A DNA stretch of 64,000 nucleotides from Octopus sinensis. Taxonomy: Eukaryota. Each line of letters begins with the position of its first letter. The first letter of the stretch is position 1. Both the position numbers and the translations under genes were made by a program. The notes under the pieces were generated by a model that did not search any database, was not told the DNA's origin, and saw nothing but the letters and a program-made list of their open reading frames with translations. Shown here in pieces: positions 38,753 to 52,567 of this stretch. The stretch spans positions 58,962,001 through 59,026,000 of the forward strand of contig NC_043000.1 of NCBI RefSeq assembly GCF_006345805.1, written 5' to 3'.

Positions 38753-40079
38753 TAAAGAACAAGGAGATGATGGCTGGAGACAATATTCCTCATATTGTAA
38801 ACCTTGCCTTCTATTATTAAAGTTTCTTTGGTTTGGTCTGAAGATCAGCTGTAATGTAATGAAATATATGTATACTTTATTTGTGGGTTAACAAGGCTAC
38901 CATTGGTTTCATACTGAGAATTCTTAGTGATTATCAAGCCTACTGCATGGAACATTGGTACTCATCTCCATTTTGGATGAGAATACATGGAAGCTACAAG
39001 ACTGCAGGATTTTGAAATAAACAAATAAATATACAAAACAGGGGGAACAACTTTTGTTATCTCTCTTGCATTTGTTCTGGCCATGTTCAGATTTATAAAT
39101 ATAGATATTTTTACATTTATAAATTCGAACATGGCAAGTTAAAGGGTACTTCTTCCCCCACGTCTTGTTGGGTTTAAATTGTCATCAATGCTTTTACCTT
39201 TTTTTTTTTTTTTTTAGGTAGAGATATTGGACCAACACAAATCCATTTTTACTTCAGGAAAGAGTTGGTCCATGTATTAGTTTGGCCTCTATACTTTGAC
39301 CTGTCCAAAATGGGAAGCCTTACTAGGAGCTGCTACTCCATGGGCATACAAGCTACCACACTGCAACAAAGACTGGGTCTTGTGGTGGTTATAGTAAACT
39401 TGACTCACCTTTATTACTATTTCAAGTAAATATAATTTAATTAATTTATGATTGCAATGATGGCTAATCAAATCTAAAAATTCAAAGATATAATGTTCTC
39501 AATATAAATTAAAGTATCAAAGCAATATGGTTGCCTGTCACACTTAACAATATTTACAATAGATAATAACAGATTTCTGAAGGTAAGTGTCACCTCTACT
39601 TTGTTGCATAGCCCCTGGTCAGTCCTGAGCAAATATACCTAGATCAAGACTATTCTAACCATGCACATTGTTTTTGTATATCTAGGACTACTTTCAGCAT
39701 TTTGCCTCATTTTTTTAAAAGATATTCTGTAACTTGAAGACTTGGCTGCTATTTGTAACACATCAAGCAACAGTACATAGGCTCTTGCTGTCTAATTTGT
39801 TTTAATTAACATTGGCTTTTCAGCAGTAATTTAAAATATGCACAATAGTTGAATGGTTCGTAAGTGATAAATACCACTTCTGAATCCTTAAAGGAACGTT
39901 GAAGGCATTCCTGAGTTACTATTTTCAATAACCAATGTCTTGATAATCCTACAGTGTAAGAAAGTGATGTCAAAAAATATCAAGAGACCAACAGATTGAT
40001 CATACAGTGTTCAGGCTAAATTTGAGAATTTTTTTATGTCTCCTTTTTTTCAGGAACAGCTTGATGTATTGGCGAACTG

Positions 40080-41150
40080 TCAATGGCATTGGAAAGCATA
40101 AAGATTAAAACTGTAATTGAGGAAAAGTTAACTGACATGAAGGACTGGAAGCCATCTGAATATTGAAAACAGTTACCTTCTTGCTGGGTATCAAAATGTC
40201 AACATCATGACAGCTGCTTAATGCTCTATGAACACTGTAAAGGCTATAAGATGTGACATGGACAACTGGAATTGAGACTACAAAGTTGTAACCAGCAGGA
40301 AGGGATACAACAGGCATTCTGACTGCATCCGCACACCGGAATTCATCCAACAAGGCAAGAGAAGATCCAAGCAAAGGAATCTGGGCTCCAGCAAGAGAGA
40401 CAGGTGTTGGAGTTGCCACCATGAAGTTCACCCTAAATGAGGGCTTTTGCTACCACTTGTACAAGAGGTGTAATGGACAAATTCTGATAGCCAAGGCCAA
40501 GAACTGCTTGATGAAATCAAAGAAGCTCCTGAACAAGCTGAGGTATCCTGCTGAACCAGGGATGATCTGGTTCCTCTCAGACGAAAAGAACCTCTAGTAG
40601 GACCAGTTGCAAAACACTCAGAACAACAGGTAGCTTGCCTACAAGCCATGTGATGTCCTACATATCATGAAATCCAAGTTCCTTCAAATGGTGATGGTCT
40701 TTTGGTGTTTTTCCAGTGAATGTCACATCATGTCACTCCACATCTTTGAACAGGGCCTTAGCCTCAATTCAGATGGCTATGTGAAGCTACTGGAGACTGT
40801 GGTCAAACACTAGCTGGGGAGGGTTGCTGCTGGAAGGCTATATGTGTAGTAGCAGGATTTGGCTCCTTGCCATGTCTCCAGAAAGAGTTAGAGGCATTTG
40901 GAAAATTTTTAATTTACCAGCCCCAATTTATGACCTAATTCTCCCAATTGTAATTCCATGGATTACTGTGTGGGGTGTGGTTGAGAAATTCACCAACCAC
41001 TTTGACTGCAACACCAAGGCTGAGCTGATGGCCAAAATCAAGTAGGTGTTCACAGGTCTTCCCAAGGACTTTGAGGAATGCATGTGCCAAATTCTGGAGC
41101 CATCTCAAGGCTGTGGTGGAAGTTAGGGTGGCTACTTTGAGTAAACTGTT
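40080..41150 (+). mobile_element. maT/Tc1-mariner-type transposase remnant
   Basis: VMVFGVFSSECHIMSLHIFEQGLSLNSDGYVKLLETVVK..QQDLAPCH..NSPNCNSMDYCVWGVVEK, with stops. Confidence 0.75.
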
Positions 41151-41394
41151 ATCTCCCAACCATTATCTAGTTGATACATTTTGCTTTTTTAAAATACTTT
41201 CATTTTTGAATGGGATTTTTTTCTTTTCCTTTTCTGCAAACTTTCAAATTAAGCCCAAATATTCAATATTTGGAAATCACAGCTCTGTCTAATAGAAACA
41301 TCTAACAATGACACTAGATCTAAGCATTGTTCATACAGTTTGATAATAATATACTTTTCTTAAAACCAGTTGATAAAAAAATACAATTCTAAAA

Positions 41395-44300
41395 CACTAG
41401 GGAACAGGGTTCTTGTCTACACATTCTGGGGTGCTGATTTCAAAAAGGAAATCCATTTTGCTCTGTCATGTCAAGATTTTTCACAAACTCAAGTGTCCAT
41501 TTTCCAACATTTTTAGTATTGTCACCATTTTTAAGGATAGATTTGATTTCATCAAATGCAAACCCATTTATGGTGCTTGGAAACATAGTTTTGCAATGTC
41601 ATTTACAGTAAATGCAACTACAAAAGTGAAAACAAAAGCCATGATTTAAATATCTTTAGTAAATAAAAAGTATCAAACTTGAGCAATTTCCACTATTTTC
41701 AGTCTAACCTGTTTCAAACATCACAATGATGACAGAAATGTCCTTTATACAATTGGATGTTAAGAAACAACATATTTTTGTGGGCCTTGACGTCATACAT
41801 GTCTCATATCTGTGGAATTTGTCTGCAGATATGCTCACACTACTTGATTTAGTGTGACTGTCATTGCAAACTAGATGAGACATGTTTTATTGAACTTTTA
41901 ACTGTTTCTTATGAAGATTAGTATTTTGAATGTACCCTTAATGTTTTAATTGTGAATTCACATGGGTCATTTTTCATCAAGCATGGTCAAAGAACTACGA
42001 AAAGAATTTCATTGTATGTATGCTCTTTATGGAACTATAACATCACAAATCTTCATCTGCTTACTTTATAACAGTTGACAATTCTGAAAATGTTTTTCCC
42101 AGGTGACAATTGGCTTGAATATGTTTTGTATTTCAGAAATAAGGCCAGCTGTGAGAGAAGAAAATGTAAAAACAGCCCTGATATCTTTTGCTATGTTTGT
42201 GGATGTTACACCTCGACAGTGAAACAAAATCACAGATTTTTGTGAAGAAAGCTTACCACACTTACTTTAGCATGAAGATGGGTGACAAGACAAAACCTGG
42301 GCACCCCATATAGTGTGTAAAACATGTGTTGAAGCAATCAGACAGTGACTGCTTGAGATACTTAAACAGAAAGTTTTCAGTTTTATCTTGCGAGAAAATT
42401 AAGGTTGGTGTGTTTGACAGGCCACATATTAGGTGGCTATTGCAAGACGAGCTATTTTTGGAAACTATGTATGGCACTGAAAAAGAAACATGGAATGCTT
42501 TTGCTGCAGTTGTGCTTAATTACCAGGGAAACCGAAAGCCATCAAATTATTAAGAACTTATGCAAATCATATTAACCAGTTTTCGAGCACTGAGCTGCAA
42601 TATGAGTGTAAATGTGCACTTCCTACATAGTCATCTGGACTACTTCCTTGAAAATCATAGTACAATAAGTGATGAGCAAGGAAAAAGATTCTACCAAGAC
42701 ATCAAGAACATGGAGACTAGCTATTAAGACAGGTGGAACACCATTATGGTGCTGTCTACTGCTGGTCACTGCTAAGAGACTGTCATGCTGCAATTTATTT
42801 ACATAAAGTAGCAAAGAGAAAGTTCATTCCTTGAGTAGCTGAAACTACAGTTTGATCATCATCATCATTTAACGTCCGCTTTCCATGCTAGCATGGGTTG
42901 GACGGTTCAACTGGGGTCTGGGGAGCCCGAAGGCTGCACCAGGCCAGTCAGATCTGGCAGTGTTTCTACAGCTGGATGCCCTTCCTAACGCCAACCACTC
43001 CGAGAGTGTAGTGGGTGATTTTATGTGCCACCGACACAGGTGCCAGACGAGGCTGGCGAACGGCCACGCTCGGATGGTGTTTTTTATGTGCCACCGACAC
43101 AGGTGCCAGATGAGGCTGGCAAACGGCCACGATCGGATGGTGTTTGTTACGTGCCCACAGCACGGAGGCCAGTCGATGCGGTACTGGCTACGGCCACGTT
43201 CGGATGGTTTTCTTGTGTGCCACCGGACTGGTACCACAAAGATACAAATTCCATTCATGTTCATCTATTTTGATTTGTTTTGATTTTGATTTTGATTTTG
43301 ATTTTGATTTTCACTTGCCTCAACAGGTCTTCACAAGTGTCACAAGAAGGAAGGTATGCACAGGTGGACTGACTACGTCCCAGGTAGGGGCCACGGGTTA
43401 TGGCCTGACTAGTCTTGCCGGGTCTTCGGATGGTGTTTTTGTGTGCCACCGACACAGGTGCCAGATGAGGCTGGTGAATGGCCACGATCGGATGGTGTTT
43501 GTTATGTGCCCACAGCACGGAGGCCAGTCGATGCAGTACTGGCTACGGCCACATTCGGATGGTTTTCTTGTGTGCCACTGGCACTGGTACCACAAAGATA
43601 CAAATTCCATTGATGTTCATCTATTTTGATTTGTTTTTGATTTGATTTGATTTGATTTTCACTTGCCTCAACAGGTCTTCACACGAAGGAAGGTATGCAC
43701 AGGTGGACTGACTACGTCCCAGGTAGGGGCCACGGGTTATGGCCTGACTAGTCTTGCCGGGTCTTCTCACGCACAGCATACTTCCATAGGTCTCAGTCTC
43801 TAGTCATTTCCTTAGTGAGACCTAAAGTTCGAAGGTCGTGCTTCACCACCTCGTCCCAGGTTTTCCTGGGTCTACCTCTTCCACAGGTTCCCTCAACTGC
43901 TAGGGTGTAGCACTTTTGCACACAACTATCTTCAGCCATTCTCGTCACATGACCATACCAGCGCAGCCGTCTCTCTTGCACACCACAACTGACGCTTCTT
44001 AGGTTCAACTTTTCTCTCAAGGTACTTACACTCTGACGATTATGAACAGTGACATTACACATCCATCGGAGCATACTGGCTTCATTTCTTGCAAGCTTAC
44101 GCATATCCTCAGCAGTCACGGCCCATGTAGCATGGCTGTACGTACACATGCATCATACAGTCTGCCTTTTACTCTGAGCGAGAGGCCTTTTGTCACCAGC
44201 AGGGGTAAGAGCTCTCTAAACTTTGCCCAGGCTATTCTTACTCTAGCAGTTACACTTTCAGCACACCCACCCCCGCTACTGACTTGGTCTCCTAGGTAGC

Positions 44301-45569
44301 GGAAGCTATCAACTACTTCTAGTTTGTCTCCCTGGAACGTGGTAGAAGTTGGTCTCTGCACATTTCCAGTGTTTATTGCTCCTGAGCATCTGCCACAGAC
44401 AAAAACTATTTTCCTAGTTAGCCTTCCTTTGACATTGCTGCACCTCTAATGTGTCCATAGCTTACACTTGGTGCACCTTATAGAGTTTCTACCTACACCT
44501 TTTTTACAGATCGAGCAGGGCCATCTACCTGAAGTCGTTTGTGATTGGTCCACCTTCCTACTTATTAGGACTTTGGTTTTGGCTAGGTTGATTCTAAGGC
44601 CCTTCGATTCTAATCCTTGTTTCCACACCTGAAACTTCTTCTCCAGTTCTGATAGTGACTCAGCAATTAGAGCAAGGTCATCAGCATAGAGGAGCTCCCA
44701 GGGGCATCCTGTCTTGAATTCCTTCGTTATTGCCTGGAGGACTATGATAAATAGGAGGGGACTGAGGACTGAACCTTGGTGGACCCCAACCTCTACCCGG
44801 AATTCTTAACTGTACTCGTTGCCAACCCTCACCTTACTAGCAGCGTCTCTGTACATGGCTTGCACAGCTCTCACTAACCATTCATCTATCCCTAGTTTCC
44901 TCATTGACCACCAGATAAGGGATCGGGGGACCCTGTCGAAGGCTTTCTCCAAGTCAACAAAGGCCAGGTACAAGGGCTTATCTTTGGCTAGGTATTTCTC
45001 CTGCAGCTGTCTTACCAGGAATATAGCATCAGTAGTACTTTTCCCTGGCACGAACCCAAACTGCATATCATCTAAGCTAACTCTCTCTCTAATTAATTGG
45101 GCTATAACCCTCTCCGTAACCTTCATTACCTGATCCAGCAGCTTGATGCCCCTGTAGTTATTTGTATCTAGGGCGTCGCCTTTACCTTTGTAGCAGTTGA
45201 CTATTATGCTGCTACACCAGTCATTGGGTAAGACTCCTTCGTGTATCACCTGGTTAACTATACGGGTGACTAAGCTATAGCCGACACTACCAGATATTTT
45301 GAGCATAAGATGTGTAATTAAACATTTTGTGTAATATATTTGTTAAACATTAAAAAGTACTATTTGGTTTGCATTGGTTTCTTATTTCCGCATTGCATTT
45401 AATGGAAAAATTGACATTTTTTGGTAAAAATATGGATTCCTGTTTGACAAAAAACTTGATGAGATAGAAAATTTCTGAGGGCATTTCTGAACCCAGCATT
45501 ATCAAATTAGGTAAGACTGATTGTAAAAAGCAAGACAACTAAAACTTTTTTCAAAAATATTCCCCAGTG
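41395..45569 (+). mobile_element. DNA transposon, probably CMC/Chapaev3-like, split by an RTE insertion
   Basis: TIRs CACTAGGGAACA / TATTCCCCAGTG with 3-bp TSD AAA. Transposase pieces KPWAPHIVCKTCVE and CNMSVNVHFLHSHLDYFLEN..SDEQGKRFYQD. The superfamily call rests on the termini and recall. Confidence 0.7.
42855..45306 (-). mobile_element. RTE-clade LINE, 5'-truncated, nested in the transposon above
   Basis: RT motifs NYRGIKLL, QFGFVPG, FVDLEKAFDRV, GVHQGSVLSP, YADD; a point stop at ~44806; (GAT)n tail at ~42855; duplicated 3' UTR. Confidence 0.93.
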
Positions 45570-47652
45570 AAATTAAAGATTAATTTTCAAAAGCATTAAA
45601 TTGTGTAAATATTTTTTATTTCATTATAGTTAAAAAGTACAAAAATAGTTCTCAATGAAATGACTCTACATTGTAGTAGTAAATGAGAATTCTTCACAAT
45701 TTATAATTTTATTTTTTACTCATGGAATGTTGTTATTTTGCTTGAGCTAATATATTAAACAGGGAGGAGAAATATCTTTTAAAGAAAGCATAATTTCAGC
45801 TTATGAATTAGTTTTATTAATTTCTAAATTACATATTAAAATTATTTAAAAAATAGAAGCTTCTCAAAATTAATAAAATTTTTTTTTCAAAACAAATAAT
45901 GTAGAAGTTATACAAATACAAGAAAAATTATTTTGGAAAACACCTTAAGAAAAATTAAGCTGAAATCACAAAATTTTTTACAAATAAATTTAAACTGCAT
46001 AAAAAGAGAAAGGTCCATCCAAACCCACCACAAAAATTGAATATTTGGCTTTTGAAAGATCTGAAAGTTTTAAGCAAAACGTGTGAAACTTTGTACAAGA
46101 ATATATTAAAAGATTTTAATTTGATAAAATTGCAAAAAATCTTTTTTATAAACAGGATTTTATAAAATTAGAAAAATGTTGCACAAATCAAAATTAAACT
46201 ATAATTTACAGCAACTATATTAAAGATATTTAATGCCAATAAGCATACCTCAAAAGTAATTTTTATATGAAAAAGAAAATTATATATATTTGTTGCATTA
46301 TGACAAAAAAAAATCTCTATACAGTAGCAATGCACCACATCAACTTTTGAGCAGCCAAGTTCATTTTAGTTCATTTCCTTTTAAACCAGAAATTCATAAT
46401 TGTTAATCCATATTTTAATTGCTACTTATTGATAGTTGAACACAAAGCTAAAAAAATTTAGATATATCAAGAAATATGGTTAAAAATTATATTCAAATAT
46501 TAACAGGAAATTATTCTATTTTATAAAGATCACTCATTGACCTTTCCTACAATGTGATCTACTTTTATGATTAAAAGAAATACAAAATTGCAATGCAATA
46601 TTGGCATCTGAAGAGGAATATTGACTTGATAACCAAACATTAAACCCTTTTGAAGTGAATATTTCCTTCAGACTGAAGTTTAAAATCATGTAGAGTAACA
46701 TTTTCCTAAAGGAAAACATTTATCCATTTGTTATGTAATCCTCATACGATTTATATTCTAAATTACAAAATTAATGAGGTGAAATGAACATGTGCATAGA
46801 TTCTTAGTCTGAAGAATCACAAGTTTACAATACATCCACTAGCACTATGTTGTGCTCTTTAAAAGACATCAGCAGACAAGATGAGAAGATTGTTTAAACA
46901 CAACCAAGAGATATATGAATATATGTGCAGCTTTTACTGATACATTTTGCTAAAGTTAATGTATCTGAATTTTTAAAAAATGGGAAAATGTACTACATAT
47001 ATGTAGGAGAGTTTTATTAATTTATTGGAACCTAAAGCATCTTTCTCTTGCTATTCTGAGTTTCTCATTTCTATTTTTACACACACACACATGCAAAATG
47101 TGAGCCTCTTAATTTTATTTGTTTTACCAAACTATGTCCAGAACTGAAGAAGATTGATTATTGAGCATTTAACCAATTAAATAATTGTATTTACTGGATA
47201 GAAACTGAATTGATATCGTTGCTATTTGTGAATCACATTTAAGCCTAGAATAGTATACTGACGACTGACAAGCACTTATTAGTTCACAGGGTTTACAAAA
47301 AGCTTTCCAAATTTATTCCAAACTAGCAAAGATATCCGGCATTGCTCGGGATTAAAACAGCATAGTTTTTCATTGTTTACTTGTTTCAGTCATGTGACTG
47401 CAGTAATGCTGCAGCACCGCCTTTAGTCAAACAAATCAACCCTAGGATTCATTCTTTGTAAGCCTAGTACTTATTCCATCGGTGTCTTTTGCCGAACCGT
47501 TAATTTATGAAGACATAACCACAGCAACAGTTGTCAAGTGATAGTGAGGGTACAGACACACACACAAATATACACATATATACAACAGTCTTCTTTCAGT
47601 TTCCCTGTATGAAATCCACTCACAAGGCTTTGGTTGGCATGAGGTTATAGTG

Positions 47653-47690
<38 letters not shown>

Positions 47691-48120
47691 ACATATATAT
47701 ATCATCATCATTTAACGTCTGTGTTCCATGCTGTCATGGGTGAGACAGTTCTACAAGAGTTGGCCAAGCTCTTGACTGTTATGGCAGGATTTTTACAGCT
47801 GGATGCCTTTTCTAACACCAACCACTCAGCAGAATGGACTTAGTGCTTTTTATGTGGCAAATGCACAGGCGAGGTCAGTTTTGGTAAGGTTTTTTTACAG
47901 CTGGATGCTCTTCCAAACACCAACCACTTTACAGTGTGGACTGGGTGCTTTTAAAGTCTATTACACATTCCATTTTCTATTTTATTAATACTGTTACCCC
48001 CAACCGCCACTATGAAGTCCCTGCAGTAAATCTACGGATAACAACAGGTAATTGAAACTGTGCCAGTTCTTTATTCATCATCCATTTATACATTTTGTAC
48101 AACTTCTCCATTATATATAT

Positions 48121-48182
<62 letters not shown>

Positions 48183-48311
48183 AAAACTATTGAAAATTTT
48201 GCAAGATGCAACAAAAAATTTTAAAAAATAAAAAAAATGTGGAAATTTTACATGTATATATATAAATGTACATATATATACACATATATATATACAAATA
48301 TACATGTATTC

Positions 48312-48346
<35 letters not shown>

Positions 48347-48517
48347 TATATATGTAGAAAGGGCCAGGCAACAGGTTCTACTTATATACAATACATACTG
48401 AACTTCACGAAGTTCCTGCCTCTAATGGTTATATTTACATACCGAAATCTACCAGTAAATAATTGTTGGTTTTTTTAAAAAACCATCAAGGAAATTATTT
48501 ACTCTTATTATTATATA

Positions 48518-48609
<92 letters not shown>

Positions 48610-49018
48610 TATACACATGTATATATATTTCATTTCTGATTTTGGTTTGCAAGATTCTTTATATGAGTCCGTGTGTTGAAGCATATTCTGTGGTGTCTGG
48701 GGAGAGTCATTCTCTTTTAGTGCCTTATAATTTAACACGCTCACCAATAAAATTTCCACTTATTTCTTTTTTCATTTTAAAAAAATTTTTGTTGCATCTT
48801 GCAACCTTTTCAATATGTTTGAGTCTATATACATGTGCATATATAATTATATATATATATATATATATATAATGAAGGGTGAAATTAATTAATTTGGAAT
48901 AATTATCAATTACACCAAGTAGTCTTCGGCATGTAAAAGCCTCATTCGAGGAAAATTTAAGTAATACTAAATTCGGTATGTGGTAAGGCAATTCGTTGCT
49001 AAACCCTTTATTGCTTAG

Positions 49019-49052
<34 letters not shown>

Positions 49053-49073
49053 TGTATATATATACACATATAC

Positions 49074-49116
<43 letters not shown>

Positions 49117-49149
49117 CATGTATATATATATATATATTTGAGATGCAAT

Positions 49150-49314
49150 ACGAAACCAGTGTCAATCTTGAATTGTTTTAATCCCCAAAAATTATATGTT
49201 GACACTCCTGGGGTGTGATAGTATTACCATGTAAAATTTTATTTGATTTGGTTCAGCTGTTTGAGAATGGATTGGGAACAGACAGAGACAAAAGATTTTA
49301 CATATATAGATAGA
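49150..49314 (-). mobile_element. Non-autonomous Helitron-like 5' end
   Basis: A|TCTATCTATATATGTAAAATC..TGTCTCTGTCTGTTCCC pattern. The 3' CTAG end was not located. Confidence 0.4.
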
Positions 49315-52300
49315 TTATCAAACATAACCAAATAGCGTGCATAGATAACCATTTATTGAAATGGCTGATATCCAAATAATTACCTCAATACCATTTTAAA
49401 TATTGTGGCTATTTAAATACAATACTGTTCAGGTACCACAAAAACAAATGAAATTTTAAAGGCAGAATGAAGATGGACAGTTTCACAAGATGATAACAGA
49501 TTTATAATCCACAGTATAGTCTACTAGAGCCATAAGTAACATGCCACAGTATATCAATATACTAATTCAGAAACATATATACAATTTTTTTTTTTTATCA
49601 TGATAAGTCATTGATGCTTCTAACTAAATCTAATTTGTTTTTGGTGTTTAAACTTGCTTTTAAAATTTATTTCAAATTTAAATAACAATTAACCAAATTA
49701 ATTTAGAGCACTTTTAAAATGGTAACATAGAAATTTATCAATAAAAAAATCTTCAAAGTGGTTCTTGATATTAAAAAAAAAACTGTAAGTGCATAGTCAT
49801 TTAAAAGAAACCAAAAACCATTTGGCATACAAGAGAAACAATAATCTCTTAAATATAAAAATATGCAAAACAAATTTATTTAAACAAAAGCTTGTAATTG
49901 AATTTGGTAGGCAGAAGTTCCCATCATGTGTGTACATATGTGTGAAAGTGCTTGTGTCTCCTAACAGAAAGAAGGGAAAAGTGTAAGACTATTTCAATCT
50001 TTTTGTATATTGGACATATGGTCTTCTTAATTAACTGAATATGAAAATAGTATGTGTATTCACACATTAATGTACCTTTCCCTCAATTGAAAAAATAAAA
50101 GAATATAATCAAGATAGACAGAAAAAAACCCTACAACTTTCATCAAAAATATTTTATTAAAATGGAAATTAAATATATTTTGACAAGTAGTTTGTTCACT
50201 TAAATATAAAACCTATAAATGTAGGGAGAGTGTGAAGTTAGGATAGTCGTGCTTTTTTTTTTTCAAAATCATATCTATCTTAATTTTTCCAAAGGTGAAA
50301 TAAGTGTGGTGATTTCAATCAGAAACTAAAATCAATTTGTGAATTTAATCTACCAAAAAAATGACGTTATGAATGGAGACATGCATATTTCAAAATTAGT
50401 ATGTTTTTAATATGTATATACTTGGGCAATACTGCTTTCTTACAAAGCATTTTTATTAGGTGAAATTACATGGAAAAATATTTTTTATATGGATCTTTAT
50501 CATAGAAATTTATTTCCAACATTTCCCTCTGCCTTACACAAGTACACATGCATACACACACATCACATTAAAAAATTTGAGCAATAAATAAGACAGTTTC
50601 AGTTTTTTTTCATATGCTCAGGCTCTTGTTATGAATTATCTGATAGAGAAAGCCTGCCTGTCAGAGCTCTGTGACAAAGGAGTGTGCATCTCTACTTCAA
50701 CTCCTTATTGAAGAGAGAAAGAGAAAAAATATCTCTGCATTTTGAAAGCCATGGGTGTCTTTCTCATGCCTGTGTGTGTCTTCCTCATGCTTGTGTAAAA
50801 GCAACTACAAAAAGAAGTGGGAAAAACAGAAACTGAAGTAGAAGGTAAGACACAAGAGGAGCTGTTCCCACCCCTAAGGAGTTATTGAATTTTACAGTGA
50901 ACAGTAAAGAGAGCATTACTTGGAACAGTATCAGGGAAGCTGAAAAGACAGACTTTTGATAAAGACCACATTATCAGTCTATGAACGTTTGAGAGATTAT
51001 GTCCCAGAGAATAAAGTTTTTCATGACTTAGCTGGCTGAAAAAATACTCACAGGCACTTTTGGATCAAGGATCACAAGGATCAAACCTGGCTTTGATCAA
51101 ACCTACATAGTAGCTTCTTACTTTGTGTGTGTATAGGTTGCCCTCTTTGTCTTTTTGCTTTGAATTGTATCTTTTTTTTAACTATATCTCTGTGTTATGT
51201 CATCATCTGACTATTATTATTACTGCTATTTGTTATTTACTAGTTGGATCTGGAGGAAGAGGTAGTGTCTGTAGTCTTGCAATTCCTCCTAGACTAGCAA
51301 GATTGATACCATTCCCTTTGAACCTTTGTAAATTAACACCTGCAGGAAAGATATGAGCAGGAAAAAAATTTCAGAGAATCAACATTTTGGAAAGGAATGA
51401 CTGACTATAGTAATTTGTGCTGGACCTGGTAGGGTTGGACATAAGAAGGGTGATGAGAATGGGAGAGATGAGTAGGGCTGGAATGCTTAAGTAGAGCTGG
51501 CATGAGTCCAGCCAATTCCAATGAGCAGAAACCATTATAAGTAGCAGTAAAAAAGCAGAGAGTAAAGATAGCACACTTCTGAGCTAGAAGCTGGAGAGTG
51601 TTTATGAATGAATTAATGATAATCAGTTGGGTGGCCCTTTGACTCTTTTCTGGATGCTGCATTGGATATGTGCATGTGTGTGTGTGTGTGTATAGCAGCA
51701 ATACCATCCCAATGTGAGAGCAATGCTCCATTGTGGATCTTAGCAAAAGTTGTTTTTCTTCCTGCTAGAAGTTATTGCATTTTAGACATTATTTCTATCA
51801 AAATTAAAATATAATTTCAACATATATAATGCTCAATTAATATTGTCACAGTTTATTCAGAAATTGTGACTGTATTGGTTATCCAAACAAGTTAGAAAGA
51901 AACATTATTTTACTTTTAACAAATAGTGTCCTGAAGCAATAAAAAAAGTTTTAATTTGTTTTTGATGTTAAAGTGCTTATTAAATCATTCCAAATTTACA
52001 GAGTATAATTTGCTTAATTTTAGTATTAAATAAAATTAAGCATTTGAAAATTGATTCTTAAATAATATACTGTTGAATTCTCTGAAGATCACTAGTTATG
52101 TTAATATGTGTAATTTATTTTATTGTAAAAAAATTATTATTCAAATGTTTGTATATTTGTACCAAATCTTACATAATTATAATAGTTAAAAAGAAATATG
52201 TTCATTTGACTGAGACTAGTTTTTTATATAAGACAGTTGAATCTTTTGGAGGTTACCAACATTGTTGAATCTCTTGGTGATTTACAACCTTTTATGGTGA

Positions 52301-52567
52301 AAAATTATTATTTCAAATTTTGTTAGCATATTTGTACTAAATCTTAAGTAACTATAATAACTGGAAAGGAAAATGTTCATATTACTGAAAGAAAAATATG
52401 TTTGAATTTACAACATGTGTCTACTGTGTAAGTGTAAAGGTTACAATATTTATTAATATCAAACAACCTGAGATAAATATTTGATGGTTCAGTCAGATTC
52501 AGCTGAATCAAAGGCTATTATAAATAAAACCTAAAAAATATTATATTTACAATTTTTCAAATACTAT

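Noticed and set aside
39219-39430. Strong polypyrimidine-AG followed by a ~70-codon open frame
   Set aside because: Lies downstream of the SCPx stop with no recognisable protein similarity or donor site; partly repeat-like.
42885-43629. Repetitive ORFs with CHRHRCQ units; CRISPR-like look
   Set aside because: These are RTE 3' UTR subrepeats without unique spacers, in a eukaryote with no cas genes.
50628-51740. Possible LTR-like segments
   Set aside because: Only a TGTT start and general composition; no matching end, TSD, PBS or partner LTR found.
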